A stretch of DNA of 62,917 nt, the filler included, from Octopus bimaculoides (lineage: Eukaryota): assembly GCF_001194135.2 (NCBI RefSeq). It is 5 parts of 5 records of this genome, joined end to end, with 100 filler letters (N's around TTAATTAATTAA, not from the genome) between each part and the next. Parts side by side here need not be neighbours in the genome. Positions count along the whole stretch, not along the records: positions 1 to 27,900 come from NC_068998.1; 4 more parts are not named here. One strand, 5' to 3'. The notes beneath the pieces were generated by a model, which saw nothing but the letters and a program-made list of their open reading frames with translations, searched no databases and was not told where the DNA came from. A program made the position numbers and the translations under genes. This document shows positions 14,041 to 26,679 of the stretch, in pieces (positions within the stretch are counted from its first letter, which is position 1; each line of letters begins with the position of its first letter).

Positions 14041-14104
14041 AATCGAAACCACGATCTTACGACCGCGAGTCCGCTGCCGTAACCACTGGGCCATTGCGCC
14101 TCCA
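14041..14104 (-). mobile_element. Isolated tRNA-like head of SINE family C
   Basis: Reverse complement TGGAGGCGCAATGGCCCAGTGGTTACGGCAGCGGACTCGCGGTCGTAAGATCGTGGTTTCGATT has A- and B-box-like motifs and matches the heads at 22300-22371 and 62800-62867. Confidence 0.85.
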
Positions 14105-15446
14105 CATTATATAATATAGATAATTATAAAAACCATAAGATGCCAACAGCTTGTTTCAACTTATATATATATATATATTTTTCTGATATACAGTTCCATT
14201 ATGGATATAGTCACTTCAGGGTGTTTGGTTTAGAAAAAGAACAAAATTCTGTGTGAAAGGACAGATGGATTGTAAAAATTAATTCAAATGTCTTTGTTAT
14301 GAGCGTGAACGTTAACTATTCAATCATACATCACTTACAATAAAAGAAACAAAAACACTTTAACTGACGATACAAACAACTAAGTGTAATCCACAACCAT
14401 CGATATACACTTCATTATCTCAAAAACTTACCAATTGAACATACAATAATAGTATATATGCGTATATAAATGTATATAATTAAGTATCGAAGTCTTCTTC
14501 GTGTAACTGTAACAAAAAATATATAACCAATTGAATTAGCGTAGATATGAAAGTTATAATATATATATANNNNNNNNNNNNNNNNNNNNNNNNNNNNNNN
14601 NNNNNNNNNNNNNNNNNNNNNNNNNNNNNNNNNNNNNNNNNNNNNNNNNNNNNNNNNNNNNNNNNNNNNNNNNNNNNNNNNNNNNNNNNNNNNNNNNNNN
14701 NNNNNNNNNNNNNNNNNNNNNNNNNNNNNNNNNNNNNNNNNNNNNNNNNNNNNNNNNNNNNNNNNNNNNNNNNNNNNNNNNNNNNNNNNNNNNNNNNNNN
14801 NNNNNNNNNNNNNNNNNNNNNNNNNNNNNNNNNNNNNNNNNNNNNNNNNNNNNNNNNNNNNNNNNNNNNNNNNNNNNNNNNNNNNNNNNNNNNNNNNNNN
14901 NNNNNNNNNNNNNNNNNNNNNNNNNNNNNNNNNNNNNNNNNNNNNNNNNNNNNNNNNNNNNNNNNNNNNNNNNNNNNNNNNNNNNNNNNNNNNNNNNNNN
15001 NNNNNNNNNNNNNNNNNNNNNNNNNNNNNNNNNNNNNNNNNNNNNNNNNNNNNNNNNNNNNNNNNNNNNNNNNNNNNNNNNNNNNNNNNNNNNNNNNNNA
15101 TTTAAAATAAGAATTTTGGATGATTACATATATTTTTATTTACATTTTATTTACATTTTTAGTGTTTTCTTCCTTTATCAGATTTATCAGAAATTGGTTT
15201 AAAGTTAGATTTCCTGGTCTTTTTGTATATACGTAATTTTGTGGGTTTTGCGAAGAGAAATGAAACAAAATTTTGAGAAGTAAAGGGAAGTAAAGGCTCG
15301 TGGCTTTTGCATTGGTATGGTCAGACTTGTTTGTTTAGAACTTAGTGGCATTTTAAGGTGGGAAAGGAAGATGAACTTTTGTATTTGAATAATAACATCA
15401 GAAAAATACCTTAGGAATGAGAACCCAGATTCGAAATTTTTCCAAG

Positions 15447-15490
15447 ACACCTGATGAAGGGTGGAGAGTACATCAACCGAAAAGTTGTGT
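15447..15490 (+). ncRNA. Minimal type-I hammerhead ribozyme-like motif (Penelope pLTR type), probably mutated
   Basis: ACAC-CTGATGA-A-GGGTG(gagagtacat)CAACC-GAAA-AGTT-GTGT: stem I ACAC/GTGT, core CUGAUGA and GAAA, stem II GGgTG/CAACC; the expected ACGT stem III palindrome reads AAGT. Confidence 0.6.
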
Positions 15491-16608
15491 TAACATCAAA
15501 CAAGATGACAACAAATATCCGTCAAATGTAAATAATGTAATGAATATACATTGTAAAATATATATATATCTTACTATATATCCCGGAACATACATCGACT
15601 CAGTTCCAAAATTCAGAGCTAACATGGCTCCCAATCGAAAAATCTTTAGCTGGCATCCATAAAAAAACATAAGAATCTCAATTCTAACTCTCCTGAATTT
15701 AAGTTTCAGCACTTTGGGTTCAGAAATGTATTTGATTCAATTTTCTTGTCTACGGTAGAAAATACTGCAATGTTATAAACAGAAATTCCTCACTACAGTT
15801 GTTAGAATTTTAGACAGACTGCTTCATGTTGTTTGTTCAAATCCAAAAGTGGTAAATTTTGCTTTCATACTTTCAGGGGTCAATAGCAAATGTGTCAATC
15901 TAGTCACATGGATTGTTAAAATTTCTAGTGTGGTCGGACAAGATGCTTTGCGGTGTCTGATTCGGTTCTCTGTATTCTATGTTCAAATCTCACCCCACCC
16001 CTGGCGATGTTACGACCAAGAAACTGCTTCATGTTGAAAAATAGAATGGAAAGTAATTCTCCTTCTTTCGATCTGAAGATTAACTGGCATCACAACTAAC
16101 ACAGATGAATTGTAATTCTTTATGTGAGTTTAGTGACAGCCGGGTGCTAACGCTAAAATATAACGATTTATTATCATTTAACTTCCTCTGAAAGCCGCCC
16201 GCGGGATGGCGGAATCGTTATGGCGTCAAATAGAATACTTAGTGGCGTTTTGTCTGACACTTTACGACCTGAATCGCAATGCTGCCGTGCTTGACTTTGC
16301 ATTTAATCATTTCCGGGTTGAAAAATAACAACCGCTTGAGAACTGGTGTCAACGTAATCGTCAAGCCCCTTTCTCTAAATTTCAGGCATTTTACCTATGA
16401 TAAAAAGCATTATTAAATTTTCCCCCATCTGTGGGCCTTGAGGCCAAAATAAGTACAAAGGAAACAGTTAAGCAATAACTATTAATATTAACTTGATTTT
16501 TTTTATTATTATCTTTATTATTCATGGTTTGAGAAATACATCGAGAGCTTTCTTCCATGTAACAAGAACTTAATACATCTTGGTGAACATGCATAGAATT
16601 GTTTAAAA

Positions 16609-16810
16609 ATTAACAAACTTCTCATTTATGGTTAACGAAAATATTCAAGGTTAACAAAACAGATCAAAGTTAACAAGAAATGTTCAATGGGAAACATGCA
16701 TAGAAGTATCCAGGGTTAACGAGAATGTTTAGAGTTAACAATTATGTATGGGTTTAACAGAAATATTCATATTTAACAAACATACTGAAGGTTAACATGA
16801 ATGTCAAAGA
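16609..16810. repeat. Degenerate 19-bp-period minisatellite with a (G/T)TTAAC core
   Basis: Cores start at 16631, 16650, 16669 and at 16715, 16734, 16753, 16772, 16791. Confidence 0.8.
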
Positions 16811-17983
16811 TTCACAAATTCTACATGAGGATTCCCTAACAAATTTACATATCTGCGTTTCCTTGAATTTGCCAATGCCCATCTTTTGTGATAATACGTC
16901 AAACAATGGTTATGTATCACTACAACTGTTCTAATGACAATTGTGATGATAAAGGCAATGTTTAACTGTCATTATGCTTTTAATTCAACAATGGTGTTCT
17001 GTGTAATCCCATAAACTTTTAGCTCGCTCCTGTAGAACATTATTGTTATTTGGTATTGCTGTATCAAGTATAATATTGATATTGCATTGCCAAATGGCTC
17101 CTCACTATTGTCATTAAATTTATTGAATTCTTAATTCCTATTTAAAAGAAAATGAATTAAGACAGATAATTCAGAATCGACGGTGGCATGCGTTTAATAA
17201 TGAAGACGATAGAGAGATATGGAATGCCATACAGGATAAAAACGTTGGTTTCTTAAAACCATCTACGTTTTTAGGTATGGCAAAACTATCGTCACTTGGA
17301 ATTTAGAACCGATTCCGAATGAGACGGGGGTATAATCTTAGAAATCAAGAATTTATCAAAAGCTGAGATACTGTTAGGGAAAATACAGCTTGGTTGTTTG
17401 AAGATAAGAGAACAGCTACTATACAATACCTGCTAGTCTCTCTCTTTCTTTGATTACTATAATCTCTACGTTGCTTCACATTCTCATTTACCAAGGGAGA
17501 CACGAGTTTCGAGAATTAGCTGAAGCAGTTAAAATATTAGAGTATGTGGAGCATACCCTAATATTTTTATTAGGGTATGTGGTTATGGCATGTGGAGCAA
17601 AGTTTTAAGGATAGTGTGTTCCAAAGTATATATCGTCGGAGCTAGTGAAGATAGTTTGATATAATGAAATTTTTAAGGATAAACAGAAGAGACAAAATTT
17701 GTTATCTGTATTTTTGTATTCAATTATCTGTTACACATACACACATATACACACACACATATATACATGCATACATACATACATAATACATACATAATAC
17801 ATACATACATACATACATGCATACATACATACAGGTGTTTGAGTGTGTGTGTGTGCTTAGTGGGAGCGTGTCACCTTTGCTATAATTGATTTAGTTTCGT
17901 CGCGCTGTTTCAGATCAGAGCAGTAACCAAACAAATATATCTCTGAAATGTACACACATACATAAAACATACATACATACATA

Positions 17984-18016
<33 letters not shown>

Positions 18017-20194
18017 TGCATGTATGTATGTATGTATGTATGTATGTATGTATCTATCTATCTCTATATATATACATNNNNNNNNNNNNNNNNNNNNNNN
18101 NNNNNNNNNNNNNNNNNNNNNNNNNNNNNNNATATATATATATATATATATAATAAAGTTATTCGTTCGTAATGATCATAGCTTGTTCCTGTATCGCAAG
18201 TATATTTCCTTTGATTCACGCAATTGTTATTGCGGAAATAATACTGTATTTACATTCAGTGCATCTAGTTTCTGTAAATATTTGTCATGTCTTTATTGCT
18301 GTTCATTGCGGTTGACTTCTACGATTCACAGTTTAGCTGTTTGAAGTTTAAATCGATTATGTTCGAGAAATTTGTTGTCGAGGATATAATCATTTCGTTT
18401 ACATTTCTTGCTATAATTCCAACCAGAATTTATCAATTACAAGGAAGTGGGTGGAACTTTAGGGACTGCCTTCTAATATTGTTTCCATTTTTCCAAGAAT
18501 CCCCTTCGCACCCACATTACAGGATCATGCAGTTGTTGTGAATGTATTTCGCGGTATGTGATCTTGAATTTATGAATGCATTTATTATTTCATCACAGTT
18601 TACGGAACATAATATTGTCGAGCTTGTGTGCAATACCAGGGTTCCGTACATAGTAAATGGAACCGCATCATGTGTTGGTGGTACTGAAATATTTAAAAAA
18701 CCTTTTATTGTGGATATCAGATATTTCTACTCAAGATTTCTTTACCCTAAACTTGAGATGTGTCAAGTTCATTCAAATAACGTGACTTGCAGAAAATGCT
18801 AAGTTTATTTTTTGGCAGATAGTTAACATTATTATTAAAATAATCATGAAATGTAATTTCTCAACGTGTTAATCTGTCACAATATTCATCTTTCATTCAC
18901 GCTTGACAACTTTCACGCGCAGCGTTGCTTTCATCTATGCTCAAACGAAATGAGAAGATTATCTCATGAATGAAGAATTTTCGAAAACTAATGTAGCGAA
19001 TGCTGGACTATTCTGACATGCTTTTTAGAATATAGAATACACCAACACCTGCATTATCCCTTCATTGAGTAATTCTAAACAATATCCCCCATGCCTCAGT
19101 AAGCCTTGTCTTTTGTCAATTTCTTGTACATCATAATGTCTTTACTGTATGTCTAAATGTTTGCCAATAGTGATGAGACCCCAAGTTTAAATCCATTAGT
19201 AACATGCAACTTCAGGCCCTCCATGAAATGAGCCTTCAAATCACTCTCCTCCAACTAGAGATAATAATATTAGGACCAAACAAAGACCAGAGATATTATT
19301 TTCTTTAGTATATTCTAGTAGATATTCCTGTGAAGCTGGAACTTATAATCTTCATGCTGTAGTGACAATAACACTTGCCATGCTTCGTTGCCTTTTGAAG
19401 GAAGTTTATTATTCATCCTTCATCCATTTATTAATTCACCAGGTACATGTCTTTCGACACCCAACCTCATCTCACAGCAGCGAAGTGGTGACAGATCTTA
19501 CTGTATATAAGCACTGACAGATATTATAATATCAGACTGTAAGTTCCAGTTTTACAGGAATGTATACAAGGGGACCGTATGTTTGGTCTTCACTTGATCC
19601 TAAAACAATCACCTAAAATTGCTCGCCTCTGTTTCGAGTATTTGCCCCGCTCGCCACGCTACACGTGCGGATTGGTGAGGGTTATCCTTAGACATCTAAG
19701 CAATATGTAACTCAGTGCGAAGAGACTCTGAACAAATACCATAGTTCTTTCATCCTTAAATTCTACAGTTCCGCTATCCCAAGAACTCTTGGCTGGTTCA
19801 AAATTTTTAGACTCCTGGAAAAATGTAAACCAAAGTTGACATCAACGGAATTTGATGGAACGCAAACAATCAAACAAACACTACAAGAGACTTAACCTAA
19901 CGTTCTACCACCTCCAACTGACCATTTTATATTCATATGGCTGACAGCCAATTTACTGAACTTTCAATATGACAATCGCATTAGATCTAATCAAGAGTCG
20001 TTATAAAGATGATGCAAGTGCATGACAGGTATTTTATAACATATTTTTCCATCATTCGGTACCATGTTTTAGGAAGGACCTGATCTATTACCTCCCCAAC
20101 GCATGCAATTCCTTTATTCTAATGGAACTATATTCCTTACGTTTATGTATCTGTTTTGCAAGATTCTTGGTGGGAAATGGTGTGTTGAAATAGA

Positions 20195-20565
20195 TATTGT
20201 TATATTTCGAGATGGTCATTTTTTTTCTTGCGAAATAAACACACGTATTATGTATACGTTCTTCACTTATTTTTTATTGTTCTTATTTCATCTTTTGTCC
20301 TTTGTCTGGAAATCTTTCGTCACATGCCTGTGACTTCTTGAGCGACTCCATCCTACGTGTCTCTTCCTACATGCCTCTGTTTTGAGGAACAGGAAGAGAC
20401 ACGGGGTGGAAGGGTCGCTCAAGAAGTGACAGGTGTGTGACGAATGATTTAAAAACAATGGGCATAAGATAAAATAAGAACAATAATAAACGATTGAAGA
20501 ACGAATATATAGTGCGTGTGTTTATTTGGCAAGAAAAGAGGTGACCATTCCTAAATATAACAATA
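20195..20565. repeat. Diverged foldback palindrome, about 174-bp arms and 22-nt loop
   Basis: 20195-20368 pairs with 20391-20565; the opposite-strand ORFs 20103+ and 20367- are visibly homologous (IVIFRDGHFFSCEINTR vs IVIFRNGHLFSCQINTR). Confidence 0.9.
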
Positions 20566-21990
20566 ATTATATTCCTCTTATAAAACAATCTATTATCCTA
20601 TTGCCTATTATTCTGGAAATTAGCTCAAGGATGACCGAATGTTTGGTGAAGTAGAAGATGTTAAATGGGGCGCCAGATTAACTTTTGTGGAGCTTCATTG
20701 TAGGTATACACTAAGGGACTATCTTGGCATTTAGAACGGATTGTTTAAGAGGATGTTAAAACTAGATATAGCCTGAAGTATTTTTATGCAAGATATTAAA
20801 CAACAAACATCAAATCTTTTGAATTCGTTTCATCCAAACCTAAAATTATATACTTTAATGTTTGTTCGTTGGGGAGATGAAGTTTTTCAATTACTGTTGC
20901 TGTTACCTATACCTCGAGCCAGCAGTTGATTTTTTTGTACTTAGCCGCATCAAAAACATCTGATTCCTAAATTGTAGTTAATTTTACTTTAGTGGTGATT
21001 CAATCATCGTCTATGTTGTGGCTACGTATTGTTCTCGATTGAGAATAGCGGTTTTGAGAGTAACGTTTGTCTTCAATGGTACGCCTTAGAGGAAATTGGA
21101 CGCTTGTTATCCTGTTTATTCATTGCTGAATTTAAATACAACGTATACAATAGCGCGAATGTTTGGAGTTCTATATGCGTATACCTTTTGATGTGATAAT
21201 AGAAGCTTCGAGAAATAATAAAAATAAGTATTCATTAACGATGTATCCTGAAGCAAATCCATTTGTAAACAACAGCGTATATTGCCTCGAATGGAAAAGG
21301 CTTTTAGATGAAAGCAAAGGCAGGAAGTTGCTCGCGAGACATGAACTACAACTCGTCTGCATGACGGACGGTTGTGCTACAAATTACGCGAATGTAACCG
21401 TCATAAATTTACCCGTTTCAAATTAGACACGCGAGAAAGAAAATTTATTTACGTTTACCATGTAAATGTAGAAACCTCTTTAAATATGTAACTACGTTAG
21501 TTTTTGCCATGTACAATGTGCCTTGTCTCTTAACTTTCTCTGCTATATATCTATTCTATGTTAGGAGCTCTTGTCTTCTTAAAGATATATCATGTATTTC
21601 ATCCTGCATTATCGAGTGTATCAGTGTGCAGGAATATAGGAAATTGCATAACCGGGTAATTGAAGAGGGTGTGGTAATGTCGTGATTTATTGCCTTCCTT
21701 TACGTACTGCTGATAGATTCCATTCATCTATTCATACGTTTCTGCGTAGGCTTCTTAAATATATGATTACAACTCATGCGAGAGGCATAAGCTTCGAAGA
21801 ATTTTCACACATGTGTTGTCGATGTCTTGTTGTTAATTTGCTACAGCATGTAGCTGAATTCCAGTAGTAGGAGCAGAAGCTAAGTATCCTCAAACTGGAG
21901 AACAAAGATGACTGGAAGTCATAACGTCTAAACTATCAACATTGCTTTTGTTAGACTGATTGCCAACAGATATTCTACTAATACTATTGT

Positions 21991-22371
21991 TGTTGGAACT
22001 CCGTCGCTTACGACGTCGAGGGTTCCAGTTGATCCGATCAACGGAACAGCCTGCTCGTCAAATTAACGTACAAGTGACTGAGCACTCCACAGACACGTGT
22101 ACCCTCAACGTAGTTCTCATGGGTATTCAGCGTGACACAGTGTGACAAGGCCGACCCTTTGAATTACAGGCACAACAGAAACAGGAAGTAAGAGTGAGAG
22201 AAAGTTGTGGTGGAAGAGTACAGCAGGGTTCGCCACCATCCCCTGCCGGAGCCTCGTGGAGCTTTCGGTGTTTTCGCTCAATAAACACTCACAACGCCCG
22301 TTCTGGGAATCGAACCTGCGATCCTATGACCGCCATTCCGCTACCCTATCCACTGGGCCATTGCGCCTCCA
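21991..22371 (-). mobile_element. Near full-length tRNA-derived SINE, family C
   Basis: tRNA-like head at 22300-22371 and 3' tail GGCTGTTCCGTTGATCGGATCAACTGGAACCCTCG; homologous to 62569-62867. Confidence 0.9.
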
Positions 22372-22873
22372 CTAATACTATAATTTGTGTTATCATTACT
22401 TGTACTAAAATCACAGGGTACAATGTGTAGAGTGCTACATACATTGCAATAAGAGTTTTACAGGACCATATGCATTAACACTTTACAGCCTCGATTTCTA
22501 AGTTCGTCAATCAATGCCTTATGTTGTTATGTGTAATATCACTGCCCCTGTAGTGGAATTTATAAACTTAGCTCTTTGTAGATCAGCGCAGACAATGTCT
22601 GTGCGTAAGTGTTTCGAATTTCGATATATCGATCACATATATGACATTTGAACAATGTAAAATATTCTGAAAACAGTTTTCGGTTATGTTCTCATAGATA
22701 TATTTCATCTAACTCGTTCCTTATGTTGCTTTCACTGGATGACCTTGAAAGTGCATTCTTATATTTGTCCTAATCTATCTTCAGCAGTCAGACGGCTGGC
22801 TATCTCACTGCGTGCTTCTCACTACATTTGTGTGAGTTCTACTAAAGAACCCGTTTAATAATAATGATAATAA

Positions 22874-22923
<50 letters not shown>

Positions 22924-22938
22924 TCTTATATCTATCTA

Positions 22939-22975
<37 letters not shown>

Positions 22976-23402
22976 NNNNNNNNNNNNNNNNNNNNNNNNN
23001 NNNNNNNNNNNNNNNNNNNNNNNNNNNNNNNNNNNNNNNNNNNNNNNNNNNNNNNNNNNNNNNNNNNNNNNNNNNNNNNNNNNNNNNNNNNNNNNNNNNN
23101 NNNNNNNNNNNNNNNNNNNNNNNNNNNNNNNNNNNNNNNNNNNNNNNNNNNNNNNNNNNNNNNNNNNNNNNNNNNNNNNNNNNNNNNNNNNNNNNNNNNN
23201 NNNNNNNNNNNNNNNNNNNNNNNNNNNNNNNNNNNNNNNNNNNNNNNNNNNNNNNNNNNNNNNNNNNNNNNNNNNNNNNNNNNNNNNNNNNNNNNNNNNN
23301 NNNNNNNNNNNNNNNNNNNNNNNNNNNNNNNNNNNNNNNNNNNNNNNNNNNNNNNNNATTATTATTATTATTATTATTATTATTATTTATTATTATTTAT
23401 TA

Positions 23403-23618
23403 AGGAGGCTATCTGGCGGAATCGTTAGCACGCCGGGAAAAATACTTAACGGTATTTCGTCTGCCGCTACGTTCTGAGTTCAAATTCCGCCGAGGTCGAC
23501 TTTGCCTTTCATCCTTTCAGGGTCGATAAACTAAGTATCAGTTACGTACTGGAGTCGATGTAATCCAATTAATCCCTTCCCGGAATTTGAGGCCTTCTGC
23601 TTCCAGTAGAAATAGATT
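23403..23618 (+). mobile_element. SINE family A
   Basis: GAATCGTTAGCACGCCGG...CTGAGTTCAAATTCCGCCGAGGTCGACTTTGCCTTTCATCC...; follows an (ATT)n tract. Confidence 0.9.
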
Positions 23619-23634
23619 TATTATTATCGTTGCC

Positions 23635-23995
23635 AAAATGGCAAGAGTGGATGGTACATCTCTAAAGGTAGACCTGCGGGCCGGAGAGAAGGAATTGGAA
23701 AGAGCACTTACTCCTAGGATTTCAGGAAAATCTCGGACAGTAGGGTTCCTCGATTATCCCTAGACGCGTTACTGTATCCGGAGGGCCACATCTCTATCAT
23801 CCTCCCCACCATATTTTTGTAACCTTTGTATGCTATACTTATGTCTCTTCTTTTTCAGTGTATACCGTGTATACTTACTCTTTTTTTATCATTTCATTGT
23901 TATATGTAAATCCCAACACTTTATGCCCGTCTCTGTATTGTCCCCCTCATCTTTCACCCTTGTGGCAAATAAATGAAATCATTATTTTTCTTATT
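23635..23995 (+). mobile_element. Probable L1/Tx1-like LINE 3' remnant
   Basis: GC-richer segment (ARVDGTSLKVDL...) followed by a pyrimidine-rich 3' UTR ending GTGGCAAATAAATGAAATCATTATT; family assignment is from recalled resemblance only. Confidence 0.35.
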
Positions 23996-24379
23996 CTCCT
24001 TCTTATTATTTCTTTATATCGCAGATTTAGTTGGAAGTGCTGGAATCTTGCATGCGTAGAGGGCTTGCTACGTTCAGGCTACGGTACTACGCTATCCGTT
24101 CTTTTCAACTATCTAATACTTTCCTGATTACACTGGCCGTGTCAAGGAGGCAAACATTTTGTAACAGTTCTAGTGTAATAATAATGTAAATAATAATAAT
24201 AATTATTGTTGTTGTTGTTGCTGTTGTTGTTATTGTTGTCGTTGTTATTTCTATTTTGTTGTTGTTACTATTATTATTATTATTATTATCATCATTTTAT
24301 TATCATTATTCTATCATTTTAAAAAATTATTATCATATCACTGTTGTTATTCATGTTATTACTAGTGTCTATTTAAAAG

Positions 24380-24458
<79 letters not shown>
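24380..24458. repeat. (AAT)n microsatellite
   Basis: Pure AAT run. Confidence 0.97.
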
Positions 24459-25103
24459 GCCAGTACATATATCAGGAAGACAAAACAGAAAGCATCTACA
24501 ACGTACTGTCGTTTACTAGAAATATCTACGTGCCTCTTTCACCGTCAACATGTCGTCTTAGATAGAGAAGGTAAGTAAAAGATTAATGATAATAATATAA
24601 AAGATATTTGGATAATGTTACAGTGTATCCATTATCAAATATGTTTTCTTTATATTTTCGAGACAGCAACAGTATAATCTCAATATTTAGTTGCTATTCC
24701 TAACAGCTGTTGATGACATCACAAATGACTCCAAGACAGAAGAATGCAAGAAATAATGAAAGCTAAACTTCAAAGAAGAACAAATAGGAATATCAATTAC
24801 AGATAAACAACTGATTATATAATCACACGGCACCCAGCAGTAGCGGAAGCTGAGTTTCTGGAGAAAGACATTTGTAGGAATTAAGGTGATTAGCAGTGAC
24901 ATTTATTCGAAGAGGAATTGTAAGTGGGTTATAAACAAAAACAGACTAGAAAGATTTAAACATTAACGTCTATAACAATAAAAAAAATATTGGTATAGTT
25001 CTAACTGCGGTTGCTGGAAATTCTTTGGGTTTATTTATTTTAGTAAAATTCATGACAAGTGGTATGACAGGCGTGTCAATATTAGTAAATTTTACCGTAA
25101 AAA

Positions 25104-25480
25104 GTGCGTGGCTGTGCGGTAACAAGCTTGCTTCCCAACCACATGGTCCGGGGTTCAGTCAAACTGCGTGGCACTTTGAGTTAGTATCTCCTACTATAGT
25201 CTCGGGCCGTCCAAAATCTTATGAATGGTTTTGACAGATGGAAACTGAAAGAAGCCAGTCGTACACACATACACACACACATACACGGGTGTATATGCCC
25301 CACCATCACTTGACGAGCAATGTTGGTGTGTTTACATTCCTCTAGCTTCGTGGTTCGGCAAAATTGACTGATAGAAAGTGTTACGCTAAAAGACCCTGGG
25401 ACCGATTCGTCTAAAATTCATCAAAGAGATGGGCCAACATTGACGCAGTCTAATGACTGAATCTAGTGCAAGATAAAAGA
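25104..25480 (+). mobile_element. SINE family B, diverged
   Basis: GCGTGGCTGTGCGGTAACAAGCTTGCTTCCCAACCACATGGTCCGGGGTTCAGTC... with internal CA tract and GCAGTCTAATGACTGAA tail. Confidence 0.85.
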
Positions 25481-25624
25481 TAAGTGAGTAAATGAATGAA
25501 TAAATAAAGAAAGAAAGAAGGAAGGAAAGAAAGTAGAGCGTTAACGATGAAATACATTTGATCACAGATTTGTTTGAATCAGGACTGATCCTGGAGCTAC
25601 ACATTCAGATTTACAACAACCACG

Positions 25625-25838
25625 ATGACAACAAAAGAACTAGAACGACAGCAACTAGTTCAAAGTGGACTAGAACAACTGGAACATGTAAAACAATAAG
25701 CTTAAGGAAGATCACGCAGAAACCAACGACGGCAAAGACACCAGCGACGAGAATATCAACGTCGAGGACGGTCATAACAGCAAATGGGGCAACATTAGGT
25801 TCGACCCAGTGAGCATGATTAATTATACTGGGAAGGAC
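25625..25838 (+). CDS. Candidate coding exon of an unidentified gene, interrupted by a +1 frameshift or ATG-TAA
   Basis: MTTKELERQQLVQSGLEQLEHVKQ* (25625-25699) overlaps a 49-codon open frame NNKLKEDHAETNDGKDTSDENINVEDGHNSKWGNIRFDPVSMINYTGKD (25692-25838) that ends at a GTGAGT donor (25839); GC-richer than the flanks. Confidence 0.45.
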
Positions 25839-26122
25839 GTGAGTACATTCATAGATGTGTGAACGTGGAGTAGGGCAATTCACTTACGAACCATACGTTC
25901 TGGGTTCGGTAGCACACTGCAGCACGTTATGCAAACTTTTCCTTGTTATTCTGGCATGAGGCTATTCAGACCAACCAGTTCCTTGTAAGTGGAGTCTATT
26001 TCGTGGGAGCGGTCCAGTTGCTTGTCTTATTTGTTTTATATATATATACATAGATATATAAATACATGCGTAAATACGTGCATACATAAAATACACACAC
26101 ACAAACTCATATATACATAAAC

Positions 26123-26177
<55 letters not shown>

Positions 26178-26643
26178 TGTAAAAATATATATATGTATAT
26201 ATATATANNNNNNNNNNNNNNNNNNNNNNNNNNNNNNNNNNNNNNNNNNNNNNNNNNNNNNNNNNNNNNNNNNNNNNNNNNNNNNNNNNNNNNNNNNNNN
26301 NNNNNNNNNNNNNNNNNNNNNNNNNNNNNNNNNNNNNNNNNNNNNNNNNNNNNNNNNNNNNNNNNNNNNNNNNNNNNNNNNNNNNNNNNNNNNNNNNNNN
26401 NNNNNNNNNNNNNNNNNNNNNNNNNNNNNNNNNNNNNNNNNNNNNNNNNNNNNNNNNNNNNNNNNNNNNNNNNNNNNNNNNNNNNNNNNNNNNNNNNNNN
26501 NNNNNNNNNNNNNNNNNNNNNNNNNNNNNNNNNNNNNNNNNNNNNNNNNNNNNNNNNNNNNNNNNNNNNNNNNNNNNNNNNNAAAACACTTTAAGGCATT
26601 GCTCCGGCATGGCTGCAGTCAAATGACTGAAACAAGTAAATGA

Positions 26644-26679
<36 letters not shown>

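Noticed and set aside
14041-14104. Possible tRNA genes (also 22300-22371, 62800-62867, 46590-46650)
   Set aside because: A/B boxes are present but there is no complete acceptor stem, and they match SINE heads
16391-16594. 67-aa minus-strand ORF with a hydrophobic patch ending at AG|GTAAAA
   Set aside because: No convincing acceptor, partner exon or homology; the length is compatible with chance
16609-16810. CRISPR-like repeat-spacer appearance
   Set aside because: Eukaryotic context, 6-bp core and 13-bp spacers are far too short, and there are no cas genes
18230-18760. Protein-looking minus-strand frame (…LHDPVMWVRRGFLEKWKQ…LDNKFLEHNRFKLQ…)
   Set aside because: About seven stops in about 150 codons is not clearly below chance for AT-rich DNA and no motif was recognised; it may be an old TE
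24650-24910. Faint LINE endonuclease-like remnants (also about 28140-28600 and 32100-32640)
   Set aside because: Too decayed to assign a family or boundaries by eye
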